A stretch of 64,000 bases of DNA from the human T2T-CHM13v2.0 reference genome, Homo sapiens: the NCBI RefSeq assembly GCF_009914755.1, contig NC_060927.1. One strand, 5' to 3'. This document shows positions 16,141 to 30,154 of this stretch, piece by piece (position 1 is the first letter of the stretch; every line of letters starts with the position of its first letter). The notes below the pieces were generated by a model that saw only the letters and a program-made list of their open reading frames with translations, was not told where the DNA came from and searched no databases. The translations under genes were made by a program, and so were the position numbers.

Positions 16141-16174
16141 TGTTAATTAAAATAGTGAGCCTCGATGTGATTTC

Positions 16175-16485
16175 CTAGGATAAAGACCACAATTTGATTC
16201 AACCTGCTAATGTGCTCTGGCCTTCAGGGTGCATTTAAAAAATTTATTCATTTAATTCTGAGTTAGTTGTGAACATTTAAAAATTGGGAACTCTCACATA
16301 AAATCAGGGTTCCAGGGTTCTTTTGACAAAGTAGATCTGGCAAAGCTGTGTCCTTACTCCTGACCTGTCAGCAACTGGCTGGAGCTGAGTTGTCCACAAA
16401 ATGATGCTTTTATACAACGTAGGTGCCCTTCTGCTCACCACAGTCCAATGGAGGCATTTAGTTTGATTTTAGTGCCCCGGAATTA
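16175..16485. mobile_element. MER102-like hAT DNA transposon remnant
   Basis: AACATTTAAAAATTGGGAACTCTCACATAAAATC...GATCTGGCAA...GGCTGGAGCTGAG motifs. Confidence 0.6.
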
Positions 16486-16519
16486 ACCAGAGAGAACATG
16501 TAGACTGAGAATAAAGAAC

Positions 16520-17575
16520 CGCTGGACATGCCTATCTAAAACCAAACTCCTCTGCCAGATGACATCCCCATTTCCTACTCATGATTTTTGTTTTATCAAT
16601 TTTTTTCTCATCAAATTTTCCCCTCTACCGGGTCATTTCCATTGACATAAAAACATGTTATTTTTCTGTCTTAACAAGAATTTTTCTTGGCTCTCTTCCC
16701 CACCAGCTACCCCCATAACTTTGTTCTCTTTTCCTCTCAAATCATCTTCTCAAGCCAACCACTCTAGGAACACCGCTCATGTCAGTGTCATCAAGGACTT
16801 TCTTGCTGCCAATTTCAATGTGTAGTTCTTAGTCCTCACCTTACTTAACCTATCTGCGGTAATCAACACAAAGTTAGTCATTGCCTTTTATTTGAAACGA
16901 TGTTTTACCCCCTTGACTTTTAGGATACACTACATATCTTGAGGATCTTTCTACCTTGCTGACTCTTCCTTCTTAGTCTCTTTTATGAATTCTTCTTTCT
17001 CAAGGCCGGAGAGCCTCATATCTTAGTCTTTGTATCTCTTCTCTGTCTGTACTCACTCCTTGTCATTCAGGGCTGTCAACAACCTTATGTCTTTAAATAC
17101 CATCTATATGTTAAAAGCTTCCAAGTTCCTTACTCCAGCCCCTACCTTTCTCTTGAGCACCATTCTCCCAATGCCTAGTTGATTTTTGACATCTAACTAA
17201 AAAGCATCTAAAGTTCACTATGTTAAATACAAACTTGGATTCTCATCTGTCTTCCACTAAACATGCCCCTCTCATAGCATTCCTATCTTAAAAAATGACA
17301 TCCCATTCCACCTGTTGTCAATGCCAAAGACTTCTAAAATAACCTTACTTCTTCTGTTTCCTTCACACCACACATCAAATCTGCTGCAAATCCTATTGGC
17401 CCTACCTATCTTTGAAATTTTTCCAGAATGCAATCCCTTCTTCCTCCTCCACTGCTTCCACTCTGGTCCAATCCCCTTCGATCTCCTTCCTGGAATTTTA
17501 CAATAGTTTCCTAGCTGATGTCTCTGTTTTCAAGGTTCCTTCCTGCAGGTTCTACACTGAAAAAGCAACCAGCAC
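16520..17575 (+). mobile_element. L2 fragment
   Basis: Pyrimidine-rich L2 ORF2 remnant (TTTAAATACCATCTATATG, CTCCAGCCC). Confidence 0.7.
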
Positions 17576-17579
17576 TTGA

Positions 17580-17830
17580 AAAGAAAGAGGGTTTCTGTAA
17601 TACTTTCTCAGGATGAGTTTGAAGTTATGCATTTGGGGCAAAACTATTGTATAAGTGAGGTGTGTCCTTCTTGGTACATCATGATGAAGTTGATATGTCT
17701 TATTTCTAGAGATTTTAATCTTAATAATTTGTTTAAGGCAGTGCCTACAGATTGTCCCCACTGTAAAGAAACATATCTATGTAGACTTTTTGAACATGTA
17801 CAGTACATGTTGTGTTTCTCTACAAACTTT
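17580..17830 (-). mobile_element. L1MC-type 3'UTR fragment
   Basis: Resembles the L1MC4/5 3' region; a homologous piece lies on + at 26430-26690. Confidence 0.55.
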
Positions 17831-18116
17831 GACTAGTCACCAGTAGAAGAAAAGGATCCAGAAAAAGAATGGAGTATTGAACATCTCTTGTGTCCTACTT
17901 CACATTGTACTGTCACACTTTCTTAAAGCTGCCATTTTTTGGAACAACCAGCTGAGCTAAAATGTAATCAGATAGTATCTTGTCATAACTGTACAGAGTA
18001 ACTTTGGGGACTTTAGCCATAAGGATTAGCTGGCAACAACAAAAAGGACATTGTTGGAATTCACTCAGATATACTTCCACATGCGCAAATGTGGAAGTGC
18101 AATGTTGCTAATTGTC

Positions 18117-18836
<720 letters not shown>

Positions 18837-18839
18837 CCA

Positions 18840-19160
18840 TCCTTGGAGCAACCCTTCACAAGTGAGAGACAAAAACAGATGGATAAGTAGCCCCTGTCCT
18901 GAATCTCAGGAAGAACATTCTAAAGTGCATTTTCATAACTCCTTAGAGGCTTCCTACCAAGATGGAGTCCTGTGGCCTACAGTGGTGATTTTCTTGGTCA
19001 AGGGTTGCACCGTTGGTTTGGCTTTTTCTCCTTCTCTGCTTTTCAGTTTTCTAAGTCCTCCACTCATGTTCTTTGGAATATCTTTTTCCAAAATGGAATC
19101 CCAGCGCAGAAGCCCTTGTTTGTCATCTGCTTTTTTGCGGGAGACTACGTTAAAATATGT
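18840..19160 (+). mobile_element. LTR16-like ERVL LTR, 3' part
   Basis: GGAGCAACCCT and ATCTGCTTTTTTGCGGGAGAC motifs; similar to 22870-23262. Confidence 0.5.
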
Positions 19161-19316
19161 TAAAGCGAGACAGTCACTAAAACAGGAATCCATAGAAATC
19201 AAGAAATCAGAGCTCTGGCAAGATTAGAAATTTTGGAGAACAGTTAGACAGATAGTTCATTGGAGAGGGGAGTGGGGAAGCATATTAAGTGGTAGGCAGA
19301 GTAAAGGGAAGAAAGG

Positions 19317-19388
19317 AAATAGAAACAGTAAATAGAAATAGAATAGTAATAGACAGTATAGAAATAGAAATAGACAGTAAATAGAAAC
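19317..19388 (+). repeat. Degenerate AATAG(A)/ACAGTA low-complexity tandem repeat
   Basis: Repeated AAATAGAAA and ACAGTA units. Confidence 0.8.
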
Positions 19389-20966
19389 CACTCTTTTTTG
19401 AAGGAAATGGACAGATTGGGTGGCAGCTGGAGGGATATACAGGGAACACTGGGAAAAGACAGATGTTTCAAGAAATAAATACAATCTAATGGTGTAAGTG
19501 CTATAAAAAGCTGCCACATTTGCTGTGGAAAGAATACAGGAAGGCAATTTTCAAGGACAGTTTTGGCAGGTAGAGGGTTTCAGGCAAACTCCAGGAAACA
19601 GCTTTTGCTAAGACACTGAGTTCTGAAAGAGGAGAGTGTGTTTGAGGAATTTCAAGTATAGCACCTTGGCTGGAACACATAATGTGATGATGGTTATAGG
19701 TGACACTGGAAACTTTGCAGAGCCCGGCTATGATGGATTGTCTAAAGGGGCTGAATATTCTACCCTCCACTCAAGGAGCTTTCCTTTGTTAGCAGCACTT
19801 AAGTAATAAAATGAAGAAGCAATGCCACTATCATCTCAGGTATCTTCTAATTCTAAGTCCATAGTCAAACTGACCCGACTGTCTCAAAAATATATTTTTA
19901 CAGTTGGTTTGCTTGAATCATAATCCAAATAAGATAATAGTTTAGATTTGGTTCTTGTGTCTCTTAAGCCTTTTTATTTCTGAGAAGTAGTCTTCTCACT
20001 CTTTTTCCCATGGCATTGACTTTTTGCCAAATTGAATCTAAACATTTACAGTCTGACTGCTGAATAGTCAGCAAATGTTGATTATAAAATTTCTATTTTG
20101 TGGGATTAATCTAGGTTTTATTTTTTTCCAAACATGATCATTCTTAGGAAATGTAATGTACCCTAGGAAAGAAGGCTTATTTTATGTTTGGACAATAATA
20201 TTAATCCTTTCGCTGCCCTGTCAACCCAACTGTTGGAAGGTGTGTTCAGGAAGGGAGAGGTGAACATCAATATCAATAAAGAAATCCATAACTGCCCTAA
20301 ATCAGCCCCATTTCTGTGCTGAACAAGCATTCCTTTCTGTGTTAACAACTTGAAGCTAAGTGTCACCATGTTCTCCCTGTCATGGGATCCTGTGTTTTTA
20401 TCAGAATTCTGTAGAATGCATTAAAGATAACTCTGTTGATGGAAGATCAGAAGGAAGTGATCCATTATGGCAAAAATGAGCTCAATAGTTATTATCTTAT
20501 ATTTTGCTACAAATATTTATGGGAAGGATTCCTTTGTAAATAGCTAAGAGAATGATCCCTCTCTTAAAGGACCTCTCATACTGAATGGCAGACAAATAAC
20601 CCTTTTTGGCAAATAACTCTATTATGTGACATTCCTAAGGAAACCTAGAGACAACTAGAGGCCGATGTTTCAGGCCATCAGCTGCTAAACTGGCAGGTTA
20701 TTGCTCCTGTTCCTCCTGCCAACCCATCCACAAACCACTGTGCAGCATCCACTAACATGGAGATCTGTGCTTTTCTTCTCCACCCAGTGCCATCTCCTAA
20801 CTCTAGTCCCTCCCAGGTGACTGCGCGTTGATGAAACCCAGACCATTCTCACCAGAGTCATCAGTTAAAGTTTTCTGGAGCAAACAAACCCCTGAGTGTT
20901 CTGACTACATCATATCAGCTTGAATGTGCATGCAGATAACAAAGACCAGAAGTGACAGTGGGTTTA

Positions 20967-21365
<399 letters not shown>

Positions 21366-21978
21366 TTAGAGGACAAGGGTCCTTAATTCTTTCTGTTATT
21401 ATAAACCAGAGGTTTTCAGTGCTGCAAGTCCTGAAAATCTGGACTTTTTTCTCTTTTCCTTTCTACTTCTGCTTGCAAACCAGCCAATTATTTTTCTGAG
21501 CTCACCTCTTTATCATGAAATTCAGCCAATAGCATATCAGGCTGCTTATACTCTGCTTTCCAACTTCTTTACCTAAGATAACAAGCTCATTTGGTTTATT
21601 ATCTGCCCTCAAAATTATTACTGACAGGGTTTTGTCAAAATGTTTCACTACTGCATAAATTGCATGCTATCCATGACAGTTTCCACACTATTATCTGCCC
21701 AAACATGAAGTCAATACCACATTTGTTTATTTGCTTTTCCCCTCAACAATTTATTTCTAGAAACAAAGCATTTGTCAGGATGGACTAGCTATCCTGCTAT
21801 AATAAACAACCTGAAATATTCTGGGGCATATAATCATCAATATTATTTCTTTCTAATTCTACACTATGCTGAGGCTTAGCTACATATTTTTTTCATCTCA
21901 GGACCCAGATTAAATGAGCAGTTCTTACCCAGGATGTTGCTGGGTACAAAGTAGAAGGAAAAAAAAAAAAGTAACCAT

Positions 21979-22097
21979 GGGTTGAAGTAGGAGGATCACT
22001 TAAGCCCAGGAGTTTCAGGGTATAGTGCACAAGAACCGGGCCTGTGAATAGCCAATGCATTCCAGCCTGGTGAACCAGCAAGACCTTCATCTCAAAC
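21979..22097 (+). mobile_element. FAM (fossil Alu monomer, 7SL-derived), 5'-truncated
   Basis: Retains the 7SL/FAM segment CCTGTGAATAGCCA, which dimeric Alus lack. Confidence 0.85.
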
Positions 22098-22098
22098 A

Positions 22099-22371
22099 GA
22101 AGGGAAGGGGAGGGGAGGGGAGGAAAGAAGGAAGGAAGGAAGGGAGGGAGGGAGGGAGGGAGGGAGGGAACAGAGAGAGACAAGAAAAAAGAAAGAAAGA
22201 AAGAAAGAGAAAGATAAAGAAAGAAAGAAAGAGAAAGAAAGGAAGAAAGAAAGGGAAAGGAAAGGAAGGGAAAGGAAAGGAAAGGAAAGGAAAGGAAAGG
22301 AAAGGAAAGGAAAGGAAAGGAAAGGAAAGGAAAGGAAAGGAAAGGAAAAAGAAAAAGAAAGAAAGGAAGGT
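22099..22371 (+). repeat. Compound polypurine microsatellite (GGAA, GGGA, GAAA, 16 x GGAAA)
   Basis: Direct reading; perfect (GGAAA)16 at 22269-22348. Confidence 0.98.
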
Positions 22372-22507
22372 AGGTGATGGCTCCTAAAGCTGTGCTGGAA
22401 AGTCAAATACATCACTTCTGCTGACACTTCAATGTCAATGGAGCAGAGAAATATAATCCTCCTACAGGAAGTAACCTAGCTAAGCTTAGTCAGTAGGGCA
22501 GGATATA

Positions 22508-22824
22508 CAGTCCACCCTGTATATCCTCGGGTTCTGCATCCATGGATGCAGCCAACTGTGGATCAAAAATATTTTAAAAAAAATTTTAAATAACAATACA
22601 ACAAAAATAAGACAAATTAAAAATTACAGTATAGCAACAATTTGCATAGCATTTCCATTGCATTAGATAAAAGCAATCTAGAGATAATTTAAAATATATG
22701 AGAAGGTATGCATACGTTACAAGCAAATACTAGGCCATTCTGTATCAGAGACTTGAGTATCTGAGGATTTTGGTACCTTCAAAGGGTCCTGGAATTAATC
22801 CCCCAGACAGTCAAGGGATGACTG
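22508..22824 (-). mobile_element. MER2 (TcMar-Tigger MITE)
   Basis: TA|CAGTC...GACTG terminal inverted repeats; internal GGATTTTGGTA...GGTCCTGGAA. Confidence 0.88.
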
Positions 22825-22869
22825 TCTAATCCTTTCACACAGAGGGTAAAGTAGATAAAGTAAGTCCAC

Positions 22870-23262
22870 CATGAGCATTCTCTTGGCTCTTGCTATTTCA
22901 GTGGGCATCAATTTACCTCCAGCTGACAGTATGAAGCCCTTCCTGTCCATGTTTAGAGCAGGCCAATATGCCAGGGAATTAATGCCCAAGCCACCACCCC
23001 TACGAGCAGCCTTCAATCAATAAATACATTAGCTCCCTCATCTCTCAGGATAGCTCTGAGGTTCATGGTTTACACTGGAGGGAGTTCCAGTTGCTCTCAT
23101 TGGTCATGCGCTTTATAGCATGTTCTTTCTTGGCCTTTATCCTATTTCTGTCTTGCTTTTCTTTCCCATATTGGTATTTCCTGTGATCACTGCCCAAATA
23201 AACTACTTACATTTGAATCCTTCCTTCAAGGTATCCTTCTGCAAGAACTTAAACTAAGATAG
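22870..23262 (+). mobile_element. LTR16-like ERVL LTR
   Basis: GCCAGGGAATTAATGCCC, CCCAAATAAACTACTTACA and AAACTAAGA terminus. Confidence 0.7.
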
Positions 23263-25106
23263 AGGGACAGAAAATATTTAGAGCAATGAGACAGTCTGTC
23301 ACAAAAAAATACAAAGGCTTCTTGTAATAATTAGCAGTCTTTGCCAGAAATTCTATCACAAAAACTGACCCATCCTCTCCATGCTTCTGCCCTCAAATTT
23401 ATTTATCTCTTGGTCAGACCAGAAATGTTGTTTCCCAGAAGGGATAAGGACTCCTATAATAGATTATTTGCTTTCACTTCTGGACCACAGGAAGCAAGTG
23501 CAGTCATATACTCTAAACAGACTTTACTGCCCTGCCTTTCACAGGACCTCAAGCACGTTTACACACAGTTGCTCTCTGCTCCCCGATACTGGTGCTGTCT
23601 CTATCATGAGGGGATGTGTGACAGTATGTGCATACAATTCTATTTCGATGACTGTCTCCCTGACTTCCCTCTTCTGTCTATGAAGATCACCTTGTCAATG
23701 CTATTTTGCATGAAACAAGCCTCACATATATGCAAAGCGCTTTCTCTGTACACATATACAAATTAAAGCAGAGATATAATATTGTTTTCTCTTTTCTTTT
23801 TGAATCCAAAAGAAACAAGACAAAGACTAAAAATCTCTTCATTTTTTTTTCTCTCTCTCTCACACAGAGACTATACATACACTTATATATCAAGGAGCCA
23901 GTTTGATACTCATCGCTTGAAATACTTTGAGATAAACAAGTGTGATAGCCCACAATTTAGTACCATGTATTTTATAGGACAATGTAAACTACAAGTGAAT
24001 GTCTTTCTTATGCTATATTTTCTTCTGTTTAGGAAGGAAATAAACAGAAAGAGATTTTCTTTCTATTTTGAAGGAAAACTAAAACAAAAGGAAAAACATC
24101 CTAGGCAATGCCGTTCAGAAACCAGGATTTGTTTATGAAATGTTTTAAAATCCATTAGTTTTAAAAGATTGATATGACCTATAATTGTCCTGTAATCGAA
24201 TAAGGATAAGATCATAGCAACTACGAAACAGAAAGCAGAAAACCTGTGCTAACTGTGATCACTACATATAAGCTCAAAAATGTTTGTAGCTGTAATAAAC
24301 TAGGTGAATGCTAAAATGTTCTTGTTTTCTAATGAAAAAAAGAATACTTTTTCATCTAAAGAAAAAGATTTTACCTATTTGTATACTGTTTTCCATTTTC
24401 TTTCTTGTCATTGTCTAGAAGGATGCAGGAGAGAGGCCTTTTGTCATGAGGCATCCATGATGCAGATGCTGATCCTATGTCAAATGTTTAGGTGTTACTT
24501 TCTGCACATGAAGAGGAGTGCAATGATTCATCATCTACCAGTCCAGAACAAGCTTGAGGCTACAGGGAGCAGCCTGTGCTTTCATTTGCACATGACCCCA
24601 GTGAAGCCAGGAGCTAGTTATTATTTCCTTGAAGAGATATCCTCAGGGGCAAAAAGTTAATAGATTTCACATGCAAGGGATATTTGTGGATTGAGGACAC
24701 AGAGCTAGAGCTGACAGAATCTAGATATTAAAAACTATTACATCTGTTACATTAGGGTTACCAGTCTAGGAATCTAAGGTAAAATTAACAATTAAAGAAC
24801 TGGATGCTTTGGCATAAGATTGGCAACATTTTAATTGTACTAAGTAAAGACATTAAGAAAAACCAACCTACAAACACTACTTATTAGCACTACTATTTTT
24901 AGAAAGTAGGACATTTGAATTCGTTCCCCAGATGACTACAAATTGGTTTATAAGAAACCACCAGTATGGTCCTTGTTTTCCTCCAGATTGAAATCCTTAG
25001 GCTGGTGAACACTGTGTGGTAACCCTGCTCCAGTCCAAGAATGGGCATTAGGGAACTGCTGCTTGAGGGAGCCCACTGAAGAGCTGCTGTCTCCTTGCAG
25101 GGTCTT

Positions 25107-25442
25107 AATTTTTTTTTTTTTTTAAGTTTTCTAAAGGCAACTACTATATTTTTAATTTATTTTACTTTTCAACTTTCATTTTAAATTCAGGGTGTACAAG
25201 TGCAAGTTTGTTACATGAGTAAATTGCATGTCACTGGGGTTTGGTGTACAAATAATTTCATCATCCAGGTAGCAAGTATAGTCCCCAGTGGGTAGTTTTT
25301 GACCCTCACCTTTGTCCCACCCTCCAACCTCAAGTAGGTCCCAGTGTCTGTTCTCCTCTTTGTGTTCTTGAGTTCGTATCATTTAGCTCCCATGTATAAG
25401 TAAGAATATGAAGTATTTAGTTTTATGTTCCCCTGTTAATTT
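25107..25442 (-). mobile_element. Short 5'-truncated L1PA (older, L1PA15/16-like)
   Basis: 3'UTR TTTTAAATTCAGGGTGTACAAGTGCAAG; poly(T); degenerate TSD TTGCAGGGTCTT / TTGCAGGGCTTT. Confidence 0.85.
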
Positions 25443-25839
25443 TTGCAGGGCTTTCAATGACCTTTGGATGGCATGCACTTCAGCCCAAAGCCTTGGGCTG
25501 ATTCTTACCTGAACCACACAAATTTTCTAGCTGCTAAATTGTTTGGCAATAGATTTCCCTGATAGATTTATAGGACTCCATGTTCTAATGCCAAAGATGT
25601 CTCCTGTCACATAATTCTTGAACTGTCTGTTCACAGAAGTCTGCACGTGGATGCACAGAATGAATGAGAACAAATTCACTGGGCAAAGAGTTTTGCTACA
25701 AACAATTGCAAAAGTTTAGATAAACTTGTTGGACCATATTCCTAACTGATTCTCTCTCTCTCTCTGCTAAACAGAACATATATTTAAAATATAGACAGTC
25801 TTTTCTCTTTTAGAAAAACTTGAGCCAAAGATAAAGTGA

Positions 25840-28800
25840 GGGGAATTGCTATTTGGTAAAACACTTTCCTGGAGGACAATGCGGTGTATATTATCCAGCT
25901 CAGTTTAATTTTTCTGACTCAAGAACTCTGTAAAGACAGAAGGCAGATTTTCATCAGGAAACAAGGAATTTTTTCTAGCTCTTTCCACCAAGATTTTGTT
26001 TTTTTCATTTAAGAAAATGTCCATACTTTAAAATAATACATACTAAATTATGTAGTAAGGAAGTGACAGGAGGTCTAGAATTGGCATTAAAATACTTCAG
26101 CAATGTAAACTCAGTAAGTAGGAAGAGAGAAGAAATATGGCAAAATCTCAGCAACTATTGAAGTGAGGTGATGGGTAAAAAAAGCTCATTGTATTATACT
26201 TTCTAATTTTGAAAATGTTTGAAATATGATCATAATAACTTTTAAAATTAATAACTTAAAGGAGAAGCTACTAAAAGGAATTTATGTCATGTTGGGTTGG
26301 GTGGGGCAAAGGATTGTTAAGGGTCGGGTTATTGTCGGAAACAGGGAGAGAGACATTGACACCAAAACAATTGTCCCATATGCTGTCTTTAATATACAAG
26401 TTAAATGCAGTAATTTTGATAAAAATTGCTTCTCAGCAAATATCATCATGGATGCTGAATCTAGAGGGAATTTTCTGATGGGGAGTAAGATATTTGCGTG
26501 ATCTCAAAGTGCTTCCCTGTAAATGACTTATTAGTTGCAAAAGGGAAAAACATCCTAAATATGTAGTGGGGAAGTTAGACAATACCTTTACCAGGTGATC
26601 ACAGTTAATCTCGAATGGACAACTTGTGCCTCCAGATCTGATGCTTGTGATTCCCCAAGACAGACACATCACTTATGTAATACTTATGTGGACAAAAATA
26701 AGGTCCAAAGGATATTGGTGCAAAATTGCGGGAGATTCTTGGGAGCTTGGACAATCATGTAGGGACTGCCTTATTAGCTCTGAACCATCCTAGAACTCCT
26801 GTTGTATGAGGTGGAAATCAGCTTCTATCTTTACATTACAGCATTCTGAGCTCTTGATTCAGAGAGTCTATCCAAAAAGCATTTGCAGAATTTTTAGAAA
26901 GATAAAAAATTTTAGAAAACATATATGAACATGTGGCATGTCCTCAGGGTTATTTCATTGTTATGAATGCTTTCATTTACAACAAGAAACATAGCACAAG
27001 AAAAATGAGTAAGGAATTCAGGAAGTTATATGAGAAATAATAAAACAAGTCCAATGAAATGGAGGGAATTAATAAAGTTAAAAGCTGAAAATAAATAATT
27101 AAAGACATAGGCTGCATAAATCAAAGAACAAGTTCCTGAGGAAAACAATGAATTTTCCTGGCAAATGTAATCTCAAAAGAAATTGGAGAACATAAATTCA
27201 CAAATTAGGTTTAAAATATGATATAACAAGATAAATGGTTATTGTTTTCAAAGCATAGGGCAATAATATATATTACCAATTCCTATAGAAAATATTACAA
27301 AATTGTACAGAGATAAAATATGACACAAATAGTCATGGAATAAATGGAAAAAGTTCATAAAAAGGATCTAGGCTCAGATATGATTTTATAGACTAGTTAT
27401 TTTAAAGTATAAAGAGACAGAAAAGTCTCATATTACATAAACTTTTTCCATCACTGAAAATGATGGGAAGCTTAACAGTTCATTTTACATGATAAGCTTA
27501 ATCCTGCAGCTGAAATCTAACAGAAGGGATCAAAATATAAAATTTTTAAATGAAATAAAATAAAAATAGAAACATTTCACATCATCACTTCATAATACAT
27601 TTATAACATGTGAACTTTGCTATGTAAATGCTATACTTCATTAAAGTGAAAGTATAAATATATAAATATTATTGATATATATTCTAAGTTCTTAAAGTAC
27701 AGTCAGTCAAATTTGGTAGTTTATTAAAAGAAATGATTCATCAAGAGCAAGTAGAATATAATCTAAAAACCTTATCCATCTATTATGGTTTCTTAATAAG
27801 AAATGTGATAATATGAATTATCACACCACACGAAAAATCATGTAATCAGTTTAGAAAATTAATCAATGAATATCAGTACATTACACACAAAATCTTGAAC
27901 AAGAAAAGAAAGAATATGTAACGTGAGGCTAACTTAGCATATAAGAATAAAACAACAAAAACATTCTCATTAAAATGAGAAAAGAAACAAAGATTTGAAC
28001 TATTGTCACTACCTTTTCTTAAGCTTTGTTTTGCAAGATTCAATCAATGGCATAAAACAAGAAGTGTAACCAAGATGTTTAACAATTGCAAAGGAGGAGA
28101 TTCAATTACTATTTATAGTTGACATTATTTGACTAGAAAAGTGAGAAGAATCAACTAGAAAATGCTATACAACTAACAAAATGTCCAGAGACAAAATAAA
28201 TCTGTAAAATCCAATAGCTGCAGTGAAACAATAATCACTAGGAAAACATTCAACAGAAAAATGTGTGCAAAATAACTTTATAAAAGAAATAAAAGAGTGG
28301 ATATACACAATATTCTGGGATGAAAATAAATTTTTCCCAAGTAAATTTCAAAATTTAATATAAAACTCAAGGTGTTTGCTTTTTAAAATTCTGGCTAATT
28401 GATTATAAAATTTATCCGGAAAAATATAGGGTTGATACTTGCCAAGAATACTTTGAATAAGCAAGGGGTATTAAAAAATTTCTCAATGAAATTTGAAAAT
28501 AGACATAAAAAGATAATAATTCATGCTGTAGTAATAAAGTAGAAATAAGCAAAAAAGTAATTGAAATCCCAGAAAACACATTTTTTATTAAAAAAAGGAC
28601 TTTAAAAGGTAACATTTTACACCAATAAATATTAATTGAACCATTGGTTAACTCTTTGGGGAAAAAACTCAAAATTTGATACCTCATACAAAACGCTAAA
28701 ATGCATTCCAGGTGGATTAAATAGGTAAGTATTTTAAAACAAAGCAAATGATAACATGGCAATCAAACAGTAGAAATTTAAACTCATAAATTCTAACTGA

Positions 28801-28850
28801 AATGGTTAAAATATATTTATAAATAAATAGTTAAAAAAATATTAGTGTTG
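25840..28850 (+). mobile_element. Ancient L1M (MC/ME) fragments
   Basis: A-rich degenerate ORF2 and 3'UTR sequence with no intact frame. Confidence 0.65.
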
Positions 28851-28862
28851 AAAACAAGGAAA

Positions 28863-30150
28863 TTGTACCGCCATATGCCCAAAACTTTAACTGCGCATAA
28901 GATTAGACTACAGGAAGGGCACCAAAATTAGCAAATCCCAGCAAGCAAAGCAAAAGCTGCCTAAGGAGTAATAGGAGGATACGCCTAAGAAAACCCAGAA
29001 CCTGCCCAAAGTTGGAGTAAGAACTGGATATAAGGACGAGCTGTGGGGCAGCCCTGATAAATTTGTAAAAATGTCCGTAGCAGGATAATGCCTCAAAATG
29101 TTGCTGATTATGCTGCCTTCTACCCATAGCATACCCACTGGCCGTCTTCTTTTCGTAGCTATGTGGAATGTGTACTCAATGTCATGTGTAGGTTCACAGT
29201 GAAGTCAAAGATGCCACACTCATGGCTTCTGAGTTGAGTCCCTGCCGTCATACTGCCACATCCCCACATTCCAGAGCAGACAAAAGCAGAGGAGATAAAA
29301 TAATTTTGGAAAGACAACAAAAAAACAGACATGGTCATATGTTGTGTGGATAGGAGGATTCCTCCAACCTCTAGTCACCTCTGTCTCTAGCCTATAGTTC
29401 TGGTGGAAATCTTTCTTTAAATTTGGTAATCTCAGAATAGAGTGAATTTGTGGCTCTATTAGCTGGAACTCCAGGTCACTAGAATCCTGGAAGACAAACT
29501 TTAAGAAGTATAATTTCAGGAAACTTATGAAAGTTAAAGAATAAATCCATATCCCTCAGGACTCACAAAAGCACAGGCGAGACATTGATCATTTTCTATA
29601 CCTAAGAGAAGGCCATGGAGGGTCTGAGAAAAGTCCCAGCTGTATGAACTATGTTTGACTGCTGAGACCAGCAACCTGCATGGACCTGGGGACTGGAGGT
29701 CTGGTGGGACCAGAGTCATGTCAGCAGGGTAAAAATTGATGACCAGCATCTAGCACAAGACAACTAGACAATTCCCAATTATCCACATAGATAGGAAATG
29801 TGCCTGAAGACTGAATCACTTATATCAGCAGTAAAAGCCAGCAAAGAAGAAATAATCCAACCACCATCACATACACAAATGGAACACACACACCTCTCAA
29901 CATAATAATGTTCATAAGACCCTTCTTTCCTGAACAAAGAAGAGGTGAAGGACAGAGTATGATTAAATTATACTTTTGGAGTTAGTGAAAAATCCCTGGA
30001 TCAAACTGAGAGAAACTTGCAATTGGATAGATTTGATTGTCTGCTGCTGGACAAGCTTGAGGCTAAAACTTAGAAATCAATTTGAGTGAAGAAATGTTTC
30101 ATTTTTATGTGCGTGAGTCTGTGACTGAGAAATTCATGCCTATTATACCT
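28863..30150 (+). mobile_element. Ancient Gypsy-like LTR remnant
   Basis: Starts TGTA; ends ATTTTTATGTGCGTGAGTCTGTGACTGAGAAATTCATGCC. Confidence 0.4.
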
Positions 30151-30154
30151 TCAT

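Larger units (their letters stand above)
21420..22500 (-). mobile_element. MLT1 (J/I-like) internal fragment plus LTR, interrupted by a FAM and a purine tract
   Basis: GTCAATACCACAT internal-end motif, then TGTCAGGAT...AAACAACC LTR sequence, resuming at GGCTCCTAAAGC. Confidence 0.55.

Noticed and set aside
21979-22097. 7SL RNA gene
   Set aside because: Lacks the S domain and the 5' end; diverged, consistent with a FAM retrocopy
22055-22427. Lys/Glu/Arg-rich 110-aa ORF and the antisense Phe/Ser/Leu/Pro-rich ORF
   Set aside because: Translations of the purine microsatellite
23341-24660. ORFs of 100-141 aa in unique sequence
   Set aside because: No recognisable homology, composition typical of random AT-rich ORFs, and no convincing exon structure
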